From NCBI RefSeq assembly GCF_028641065.1, contig NC_073382.1, positions 8,804,001-8,868,000 on the forward strand: a DNA stretch of 64,000 nucleotides. The letters are read 5' to 3'. Positions 26,345 through 35,949 of the stretch are shown here, piece by piece. How positions within the stretch are numbered: the first letter of the stretch is position 1; every line of letters starts with the position of its first letter. This DNA comes from Leucoraja erinacea (taxonomy: Eukaryota). Below the pieces are notes generated by a model. The model was not told the origin of the DNA, ran no database searches, and was given only the letters and a program-made list of their open reading frames with translations. The position numbers and the translations under genes were made by a program.

Positions 26345-27290
26345 ACAGTGGTGAATCTCTGGAATTCTCTGCCACAGAGGGTAGTTGAGGCCAGTTCATT
26401 GGCTATATTTAAGAGGGAATTAGATGTGGCCCTTGTGGCTAAAGGGGATCAGGGGGTATGGAGAGAAGGCAGGTACGGGATACTGAGTTGGATGATCAGT
26501 CATGATCATATTGAATGGCGGTGCAGGCTCGAAGGGCCGAATGGCCTACTCCTGCACCTAATTTCTATGTTTCTATTAATATTTTATCATAATCAGTACT
26601 TAAGAGTCACAGGCACAAAAAAAAAAGACCACTCAACCCATCAAATCCACACTAGGTCCCAGCAGAGCTATTTCATCTGCCTCACATGTCCATCAAAAAC
26701 CTTTTGATCGGGTCTACAAAAACACAGATGTAATGCTGCTGCTCTATAATGCGCTGGTCAGGCCGCATTTAGAGTACTGTGAACAAATTTAGGCCCCATA
26801 TCTGAGGAAGGATGTGTTGGCTCTGGAGCTGGTCCAAAGGAGGTTTACAAGAATGATTCCATAAATGAGTGGGTTTAGCATATGATGAGCGTTTGACAGC
26901 AATGGGCCTCTACTCGCTGGAGTTTAGAAGGTTGAGGGGGGACCTCATTGAAATTTACAGAATGAAAGACTTAATTAAAACATATAAGAACCTGAATAGT
27001 CTTCACAGAGTGGATGTGGGGAGGATGAGTCCTCTTTTCGGAAACATTAGTACTCAGCGAAACTATTTAAAAATAACGTATGACAGAGATAACATAACAT
27101 TTTTTCTTTCGCAGAGTATATTGAATCCTTGGTACTCATTTCAAGCAGAGTCTTTGAACATTTAAAGTAGAGGTAGGCAGATTTCTGATAAACAAGAGGG
27201 TGAAAGGTTACTCTGGATGGATGGAGATCAGATTATCCATGATGTGTTAAAAAGTGGAGTCGTCTGTCCATGCTCCAAATTCATATGTTT
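26345..27290 (+). mobile_element. Two CR1 3' fragments
   Basis: VNLWNSLPQRVVEA and GLYSLEFRRLRGDLIE. Confidence 0.85.
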
Positions 27291-27599
27291 GTAAGTAGAA
27301 ATGTTTATTTGACCAAGCTATTGTTGCCCGTTTGACACTCGCATAATAACATCTGCATGTTTGTCAAAAAGGCAAAATGATACAAGATGTCACACGCCAT
27401 AACCTGATGAGTTCAGATGAAATATTAAACTCCAGTGCAATTGCAGGTGAAAAAGAGCAGCCAAGATTATGTAAATGGAGCAAAATTGTGAAATGAAATC
27501 ATATAGATAATGGAAGAAATTGAATTTCAAAACATTTGATTGATGTCTTGGAATTTTTCTCAGAAGCAAAAAGACAAATCACATTCATTATGGTGATGT

Positions 27600-28860
27600 A
27601 TTTCATCTGATAATTAAAATTTGAGTAATAATAATGAAACTTAAGAGAAGGTAGCAATCTCTGATACTTTTATGTTGCCTAATATCTTTAATGAATGACC
27701 TTCCTCATCTGCACCTACGATCAGATTTTTGGCATCAGCATTGTGTATGAAACCTAATAATGCTGATTCACTCAGTCTGATTCACTCAGTAATTTGCTTT
27801 CAATGTGATGTCGTCATATTACCAAGCTGGTGATTTTACTTTGCATTTGATCAATTTACATGAATGGCCCGATGCCAAATTGTTCAAAATAAATGAATAG
27901 GCTATTGGGTCTCACGTTATTTCTTGGGTATCTACTGTATAAAAATAGTTTTCATATTCCTTCCCTTTGTAAAATCAAATAAATGTTCATCAAAGTAGTA
28001 ATGCTTCATCGGCAACATTTAAACAATATAATTAAATTAATCAATTGATTTATTAATTGATTTTATTGAGCCTGCCATCACAGAACAAAGCAGGTTTAAG
28101 TTTATCATTATCACATGTACCAAGATACAATGAAAAGTTTTATTTTTGTATACTATCCAACAGATCAGATATACCAATCATAGATGCAATCAAGTTAAAC
28201 CCATGTACAATAGATAGAACAAAGGGGAAGATATGGAGTGCAGAATATAGTATCAGACTGCAGAGCATTATAGCGTATCGGGTTTGTAGCTGTAGTATGT
28301 GGGAATTAAAGAAAATCAGACTGTTCTTTGTAGGCCATAAACATCAGCAGCTCGAGGATCTCCAATATTTGGACACTGCATCATAGAGGACGAAAAGCTC
28401 TGTGATATTTTGATGTAGATGCACCACTTAGATTAAATACTGCAGAACCAGTCAGTCAAAAGAAACAGGGGAGTGTGACTACAGGGAAACAGGTGTGCAG
28501 ATAAAGAACCCCTTGCAATCTTCGACATTTTTATGTTATCTAATGCTTTCATCTAAGATGGACAAAGTGATCTTTTTCAGGTTTTTGGCATTGACCATGG
28601 ATATCAAACCTAACAATGCTGATTGCTTGGTTTGACAGAAATAGTCAGAGGAATATCAGTTCATTTTTAACGCACCATCATCATAGTACTTCCTCTTAGG
28701 CCTTGTGATTGTCCAGCAGGTATATAATTTTGCAGCTTGTGTAGAGATGAATTGAGACTGCAGGTGGGTAGAACAAACTGACCATTTTACTCAATAAAAA
28801 AAGCCCACTCATTTTGAGGAGTGAAAGGAATATAGTGTTTAAATGGAACAGTATCGTTAG
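27600..28860 (-). pseudogene. Two decayed homologous coding segments of unknown identity
   Basis: YDDITLKAN..SALLGFIHNADAKNL..LKILGNIKVSEIA (~27650-27820) aligns with YDDGALKMN..SALLGLISMVNAKNL..MKALDNIKMSKIA (~28515-28690). Many synonymous third-position differences; stops and frameshifts present. Confidence 0.55.
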
Positions 28861-29084
28861 CGGGATAGATTCTGTTTGCTGCAACTAAGATTGTAAATCC
28901 TGAAGACTGTTCCCTGCCTGATGCCAGGACTATGGACATCTACTTGGGGCTAAACACAAACTTAGAATGGTAGGAGAAAGATTCAATTGTTAAAGTCAAT
29001 ATGGGAAACAATAACATAATTAGAACAATGAAGGTAGTTCTGCTGAAATAATACGAGCAGTAGAGTTCAAATTGAAAAAAAGTA

Positions 29085-29885
29085 AAGACAATAATCCAGT
29101 TACAGAGGGATGCACAGAAACCCAAGGTAGGTAATAGGTTTGGAGGGGATGTTGAACGCCGAGCTGCAGTGTGTGAACAACAGCCTAAGATATGTGTTTT
29201 TATCATTCAAATCGTCCAGTGCAGAGTGGAGAGCCAGCAAGATCGCATCCCCCATTGAGCTAATGTGGCGGTAGGCAAATTGTAGCAGGTCCAGGTTCTT
29301 GTAAAGGTGTGAAGCAGATGTGCACCATAACCATCCTCTATTTCCTAAGAAGGCTTAGGAAGTTCGGCATGTCTCACCAACTCCTACAGATGCGCTATAA
29401 AAAACATTTTATCGAGATGCATCACAGCTTGGTTTGGGAACAGCTCCATTCAAGACCACAAGAAATTACAGCAAATTTTGGACGCAGCCCAGACCATCAC
29501 ACAAACCAACCTCCTTTCCATTGACTCCATTTATACCTCACGCTGCCTCGGCAAGGCCAGCAGCATAATCAAGGACGAGTTGCACCATGGCCACTCCCTC
29601 TTCTCTCCTCTCCCATCGGGCAAATGGTATCGAAGTGTGAAAACACACAACTCCAGATTCAGGGACAGTTTCTTCCCAGCTCTTATCAGGCAACTGAATC
29701 ATCCTACCACAACTAGAGCAGTCCTGAACTATTTTCTACCACATTGGTGACTCTCAGACTATCTTTGATTGGACTCTACTAACATACCTTGCATTAAACA
29801 TTATTCCCTCATCATATATCTATATGCTGTAAGTGGCTCGATTGTAATCATGTAATGTCTTTCCATTGACTGGTTAGCACGCTAC
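29085..29885. mobile_element. Rex1/Babar-like LINE fragment in two opposed pieces
   Basis: The minus piece (29085-29295) encodes LDLLQFAYR..DAI..SSAFN..LCNWI. The plus piece (29310-29885) encodes LYFLRRLRKFG..HSLFSPLPSGK..RFRDSFFP. Confidence 0.8.
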
Positions 29886-30394
29886 AAAAGCATGTACACG
29901 TGTACAATAAGCTACACTGAACTTCTCCAAGAACTTCATCACCACAAATACTTCTACTGTGCATTTAACTCTTTCACATTTCCAATATTTCTGGCACACA
30001 AACATCAAAAATGGGTTCAGGACAAGACCAATTGATCCTTCGGAGCTGCCATGCTGCTCAACAAAATCCATTATGGCTCAAGAAGATATTGCATTATCGA
30101 GAATCCTTAACAAATCATCTTTCCATTTTTGGACAGTCTTTTTATTTTCTTAGATAATATATGTTTTGTGCAGGAAGGAACTGCAGATGCTAGTCTAAAT
30201 CAGATAGACACAAAAAGCTGGAGCACCTCAGTGGATCAGGTAGCATCGCCGTTGAAATATATGTTTTTGCGTGTGTTCTGCGCCTACATGATGCGAGGCT
30301 GTTACAAGTAAGATTTTCATTGCACCAGTATCTCACCGTATTTATAGATATGATTATAAATACCTGGCTTGAAAGTAAACGCACTTGAATAAGA

Positions 30395-31055
30395 AAATAT
30401 TGCAGATGCTGGATATTTGAAATATAAAATCAGAAAATACTAGAAACACTCAGCAGGTCAAACAGCATCTGTGGACAGGTTCGTTACCCAAGCGCAGATC
30501 AAGAACCAAGCACAGGATCGGCAACCATTTCGCTGAACACCTCCGCTCAGTCCGCCTAAACCTCCTTGACCTCCCGGCTGCTCAACACTTTTAACTCCCT
30601 CTCCCACTGTCCTGGGACACCTCCACTGTCAGAGTGAGGCCCAGCGTAAATTGGAGGAACCGCACCTCATATTTCGCTTGGGCAGCTTACACCCCAGTGG
30701 TATGAATATTGATTTTTCTAACTTCGAGTAACCCTTGCTATCCCTCTCTCTATAGCCTTCCCCTTCCCTAGTTCTCCGGGCAATCTTACAATCTTTAACT
30801 GTCCTCGATTAAAATGTATCTTTGTATGCTCTGTTGTCACCTTATCCTAGCTAACGATACGATACAATTTTATTCAATGATCTATTCTACATTTTCCTTG
30901 AATTGCATCTCCTTTGATATCGTTTTCACACCTTACACTCATCTCTGTGTCTCCCTTCCCCCTGACTTTCAGTCTGAAGAAGGGTCTGGACCCGAAACGT
31001 CACCCATTCCTTCTATTCAGAGATGCTGCCTGTCGCCCCAGCATTTTGTGTCTAT
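30395..31055 (+). mobile_element. Penelope 3' fragment with pLTR
   Basis: ..HFAEHLRSVR..KLEEPHLIFRLGSLHPSGMNIDFSNF, followed by the pLTR. Confidence 0.8.
30971..31005 (+). ncRNA. Candidate minimal type I hammerhead ribozyme core in a pLTR (representative copy)
   Basis: CUGAAGA-A-GGGUC UG GACCC-GAAAC-GUC. The conserved boxes and a stem II are present; stem III is vestigial and stem I weak. Confidence 0.5.
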
Positions 31056-31194
31056 TAACGGAGTTAGAATATCAGCTCAGACGCCCTTCGTTAGACCTGG
31101 TGAAACGCGCTGCCCATTCCTTCAGTTCCGATCAACAGTCTTTGTCGCGAAACGTCAACTGTTCTCCCCAAAACCCCCGCCTCCTTGCTTTGCT

Positions 31195-31700
31195 GGTCCT
31201 CCGGCATCCCATTGGCCGCTCGTCCCGTTCCTCCGGTATCCCATTGGACGCTCGTCTCTGGTCTTCCGGTATCCCATTGGATACCAGTTACAGGACCTCC
31301 CATTGGACGATCCTCGCTGGTCCTCCCTCATCTCATTGGATACCCGTCGCTGGTCCTCCCTCATCTCATTGGATACCCGTCGCTGGTCCTCCCTCATTCC
31401 ATTGGACGATCTTCGCTGGTCCTCCGTCATCTCATTGGATACCCGTCGCTGGTCCTCCCTCATCCCATTGGACGCTGGTCGCTGATCCTCATCCCATTGG
31501 ACGACAGTTCCTGGTGCTCCCTCATCCCATTGGACGCTGGTCGCTGATCCTCATCCCATTGGACGACAGTTCCTGGTGCTCCGTCATCCCATTGGACGGT
31601 AATTACTGGTCATGCTATTGGACGTCAGTTTCTGGTCCTCTGTCAACCCATTGGACGCCAGTTACTGGTCCTCCGTTGTCGTATTGGACGCTCGTTGCTG
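31195..31700 (+). repeat. CpG-rich minisatellite, modal 33-bp unit, one ATTGG (inverted CCAAT box) per unit, 16 units
   Basis: ATTGG starts at 31211, 31243, 31276, 31302, 31335, 31368, 31401, 31434, 31467, 31496, 31529, 31558, 31591, 31617, 31650 and 31683. Confidence 0.93.
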
Positions 31701-31751
31701 GGTATCCGTCATCCTCTGGTAACCCGCGCGCGGCTGGCGGGCTGGCTGGCA

Positions 31752-31766
31752 CGCGGCGCGTTTGAA
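31752..31766 (+). promoter_or_regulatory. CDE/CHR tandem element in the C2CD3 CpG-island promoter
   Basis: CGCGG, a 4-nt spacer, then TTTGAA. It lies about 180 nt upstream of the ATG and just downstream of the CCAAT array. Confidence 0.7.
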
Positions 31767-31943
31767 AGCCGAGTCCGTTGCCCGGGAGCTCGTTTTGTAC
31801 ACAGATCGCTGGCGGCTGTTGGTCCTCCGCTGTCCCGGCGTGCAGAGCGGCCACCGTCCTTCCGCAACCCACCCGGAGTGCGCGGGCAACCAGGTTCAAA
31901 CTATTCCAATCATCGACATGCACTGGAAAACCACGGAGCAACA

Positions 31944-31992
31944 ATGAAAACCAGGAAACCAAAAACTGCAAAACTGGGAAAGAAAAAGAAGC
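31944..31992 (+). CDS. C2CD3: C2 domain-containing protein 3, coding exon 1
   Basis: acaATG start, reads MKTRKPKTAKLGKKKK(R), similar to the basic human N-terminus MKQRKGQG...RKKR. GTAAGT donor; phase 1 matches exon 2. Confidence 0.88.
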
Positions 31993-32214
31993 GTAAGTGC
32001 GGATTTCCCCCTTTCTGGAGAAGGATCTCGACCTGAAATGTCACCAATTACTGAGATGCTGCCCAAAGATCACAGAGCGGAGCTGACCCGATGAGTTACT
32101 CTATCTTCGGTTTACTAAACCAGCACCTGCAGGTCATTCTTACACGTTTCCCCTTTTAGTGTGTGTTTAACCATTGATTCTTTAGGCCTTGTGAATTAAT
32201 GTATGTCAAACATA

Positions 32215-32380
32215 GAAGATAGACACGAAAAGCTGGAGTAACTCAGCGGGACAGGCAGCATCTCTGGAGAGAAGGAATGGGTGGGTGACGTTTCGGGTCG
32301 AGACCCTTCTTCAGACCCGAAACGCCACCCATTCCTCTCTCCAGAGATTTAAACCAGCATCTGCAGCTCCTTCTTACACA
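32215..32380. mobile_element. Short palindromic pLTR-derived element
   Basis: tctctggagagaaggaatggg..gacgtttcgggtc..gacccgaaacgccacccattcctctctccagaga. Similar units near 37065-37265 and 61870-62070. Confidence 0.7.
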
Positions 32381-32470
32381 TAGAAACATAGAATATGCAG
32401 GTGTAGGCCATTCGGCCCTTCGAGCCAGACTGCCATTCAATATGATCATGCCTGATCATCCATAATCAAT

Positions 32471-33180
32471 AGGGTGATTTCACGAAAGGTCACTGGAGCG
32501 CAGATCCGCACCCACGTGACCGAAAATCTCAAGTGGAGGACATGCTAGACATCCGGTACATGTTAGTGGATGGGAAAACACGCACTTTCCCACCCGTTAA
32601 AAACATAGAAAACGGCCAGGTTTTGATCTGCAATTTATTGTGCCAGATTGTGTTATTGTGCCAGATTATGTTAAAAACATAGAAAACGGCCAAGTTTTGA
32701 TCTGCAATTTATTGTGCCGGTCGGGGTGACCGTGAGGCACAGCTACCTAGATTTACAATTTAAAAAAAAGATAGAAACTAAGGTAAATTAAAGAGGGAGC
32801 TGAGGCATTATTGACTTACTTTTGATGAAATTCAGCGAGAAAACGCGATAATTCCCGATATTTTGGACCTTTAAATCTCCACGGCAAATGTCCGCTGTTC
32901 ACTTCCGCTAGATTGGCACCTTCAGCTCCCTCTTTAATTTACCTTAGTTTTTATCTTTTATTTTTATTGTAAATCTAGGTAGCTGTGCCTCACGGTCACC
33001 CCGACCAGCACAATAAATTGCAGATCAAAACTTGGCCGTTTTCTATGTTTTTAACGTGTGGGAAAGTGCGTGTTTTCCCATCCACTAACATGTACCGGAT
33101 GTCTAGCATGTCCTCCACTTGAGATTTTTGGTCACGTTGGTGCGGATCTACGCTCCAGTGACCTTTCGTGAAATCACCCT
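32471..33180. mobile_element. Foldback MITE (710 bp, ~270-bp TIR core), possibly ISL2EU/PHIS type
   Basis: Begins agggtgatttcacgaaaggtcactggagcg and ends cgctccagtgacctttcgtgaaatcaccct, with AT on both sides. Inserted in a CR1 tail. Confidence 0.85.
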
Positions 33181-33296
33181 ATAGCCAGTTCCTGCTTTCT
33201 CCCCATATCTGCAGTTCTTTCCTACACATTCTCCCCATATCCCTTGATTCCTTTAGCATTAAGAGCTAAATCTAACTCTCTCTTGAAAACATTGAA

Positions 33297-34435
33297 AGCA
33301 GGTGCAGCAGGCAGTGAAGAAAGCGAAAGGTATGTTAGCATTCATAGCAAAAGGATTTAAGTATTGGTGAGACCACACCTGGAGTATTGCATACAGTTTT
33401 GGTCTCCTAATCTGAGGAAAAACATCTGAGGAGTACAGAGAAGGTTCACCAGACTGATTCCTGGGATGTCAGGACTTCCAAATGAACAAAGACTGGATAG
33501 ACTGAATTTGTACTCGCTAGAATTTACAAGATTGAGGGGGGATCTTATAGAAACGTACAAGAGTCTTAAGCCGCCCGACTCATCACCCATACCAAATCCT
33601 GGCATCACATCACTCCAGTCCTCAAACAAGTCCTCAAACAACTTCACTGGCTTCCCATCCCATCTTCACTGGCTTCCCATCTCCCACCGGATCACCTACA
33701 AAATCCTGATCCTCACCTACAAAGCCCTCCACCATCTGGCCCCCCCATATCTCACTGACCTCCTCTCCCCCTACCAACCCTCACGGTCCCTCAGATCCAC
33801 ATCAGCCGGTCTCCTCTCCATCCACGTCCAACCTCCGCAGTTTTGGGACAGAGCCTTCTCCAGGGCAGCTCCCAGGCTCTGGAACTCCCTCCCCCAACTG
33901 ATCCGCAATTCCGTGTCCCTCACCATCTTCCAGTCCCGCATCAAGACCCATCTCTTCACCTCTGCCTATCCTTAGCCCCACGTGCCGTCCCTTTTCATCT
34001 GTGCATTTTAAATTTTGTAAGGTGTCCTTGAGACTCTTGAAAGGCGCCCATAAATAAAATTTATTATCATTATTATTATTAAGGGGTTGGACAGACTAGA
34101 TGCAGGAAGATTGTTCCCGATGTTGGGGAAGTCCAGTACAAGGGGTCACAGTTTAAGGATAAGGGGGAAATCTTTTAGGACCGAGATGAGAAAAACATTT
34201 TTCACACAGAGAGTGGTGAATCTCTGGAATTCTCTGCCAGTAGGTAGTTGAGGCCAGTTTATTGGCTATATTTAAGAGGGAGTTAGATGTGGCCCTTGTG
34301 GTTTAGGGGTTTGTGTATGGTGAGAAGGCAGGTACGGGATACTGAGTTGGATGATCAGCCATGATCATATTGAATGGCGGTGCAGGCTTGAAGAGCCGAA
34401 TGGCCTACTCCTGCACCTATTTTCTATGTTTCTAT
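33297..34435 (+). mobile_element. CR1 3' fragment interrupted by an L2 3' fragment (~33562-34080)
   Basis: CR1 LYSLEFTRLRGDLIETYK, then L2 HLHWLPISHRITYKILILTYKALH..APRLWNSLP with aataaa(att)n, then CR1 resumes at aaggggttggacag. Confidence 0.9.
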
Positions 34436-34794
34436 TTGAGGTACTTGCCTTCATCTGGATTGCAAGCGACCCAGGTGGAATATGAAGTGCTGTTCCTCCA
34501 GTCTGCGTGTGGCCTTATAACCCAATGGAGGAGGCCATGCCAAAAAGGCCAGTGTGGGAAGGGGAATTAAAATGATTGGCAAATAGGAGATCCAGCATGC
34601 CTTGGTAGACAGAGTAGACAAGTGTTAGCCAAAACCTAGTCGATGTTTGGTATTGCCAATATAAAATAGATCACTTAAGGAGCGCAGAATACAATAGACA
34701 ATATTTGAATTCGGCTCCCAGGGAAAACAACCTCCATTCACCCTGTAGAGTCCTGTAAGAATTTTGTAAGTATGTGAGGTGGGCTCTCATTCCT

Positions 34795-35546
34795 CTGAAA
34801 GATGGGTGGCGCCGCGACCCTCGCCAGCAGCTGTTTGTCCTTTCCACTTTATTTTTGTTTTTAGTGTATCTAAAAGTGTGTTTTAGTGTGGTGGGGGGCG
34901 GGAATTGGGGGAAATTTACCTCAGTTGAATGCGACTTTTCAAGTTGCATTTAGCCTTCCCTCGCGGCTTAACAGCTTGGATTGGTGTGGCCTTTCCTGTA
35001 GTCGGGTCCAGAGCTTCAGCAGCATGCTCCAGAAGAAGTGCTCCGATCGCTGGCCCGCAGACTACGACAACCTGAAGACGTGGTCTGCGGAGCTTCTTGC
35101 GCGGCGTGGACTTTCCATCCCGGAACCTGGGATCCCTTGCCGGGGATCGCTGGAGAAGAGCTCCGACTGCCGGCTTGCAGCCTATAACATCATGAAGCCC
35201 CGGTCTCCGGTGGGAAGCGGCCAATTCCAGACCTCCAAGCCGCGGAGTGTCAATCCGTCCTGACGTTGGAGTTTCGAGCATCCCGACGAGAGGGCCTGTA
35301 CATCGGGCCATCCGTAGCGGCAACAGCGGATGGTTCATGCCCCCAACCACGGATGAACAAAGGAGGACTGACAAAGTTATTGCCTTCCACCATAGTGATG
35401 AATGTTGATTCCACTGTGGTGGATGTTCATGTTATATTCTATTGTGTATTGTGTTCTTTTGTTTGTATGGCTGCATGGTAAATCAGATTCCACTGTACCT
35501 TAATTGGTGCATGTGGCAATAAATATGAACTTGAACGAACTTGAAA
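34795..35546 (+). mobile_element. CpG-rich non-coding retroposon family member
   Basis: The 3' block ttgccttccaccatagtga..actgtggtggatgtt and a microsatellite tail are shared with 49300-49800(-), 49980-50710(-) and 25110-25290(+). Confidence 0.65.
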
Positions 35547-35949
35547 TCTAAGGACTTTCATGGAGAGTCTATTCAATCTCTCTTTGAAATGCAATCCTGC
35601 CTATTCAGGAATTGGTTTGATGAATTTCATCTGTTTCTTCTGTGGCAGGTAAATCCTTTTTTTATTACCTAAGAAGACAAATCTGCATGCAATACTCTGG
35701 ATGCTGTTTCATAGTGGCCACGTATAATTGCATATGTCATACCTTTGTAGCTTTCTTTGTTTAGATTAATAGAGTAATAGCCTAATGTAAAATTCTATCA
35801 CATTACAGTTGCTTTGGCCTCAAAAGGCCCCTTAACAATTTTCATGTTGGGTTCTTCAACATTGGTTCTGGAAAAGCATGTTGTATCTATAAATTTGTTC
35901 ATATTGTCACAGCTGTGCTGGGACCTCTGTTGTTTATGATATATATAAA

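Noticed and set aside
27400-27790. C/D-box snoRNAs suggested by TGATGA and CTGA words
   Set aside because: No properly spaced box pair with a terminal stem or recognisable guide, and the region is better explained as a coding relic.
27650-28690. Naming the fossil ORFs as THAP9/P-element transposase or paramyxovirus matrix protein
   Set aside because: Only vague short resemblances (LGF..NA; LLG followed by a basic helix) and no diagnostic motif, so they are left unassigned.
31195-31700. CRISPR-like array
   Set aside because: The units are tandem copies with related inter-motif sequence and no unique spacers. There are no cas genes and the context is vertebrate.
30814-31765. Long ORFs (223 and 283 aa) with repeated peptides such as WSSLISLDTRR and AGPPSSHW
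   Set aside because: They are a by-product of a 33-bp GC-rich minisatellite that is open in several frames on both strands, and they start inside a Penelope repeat.
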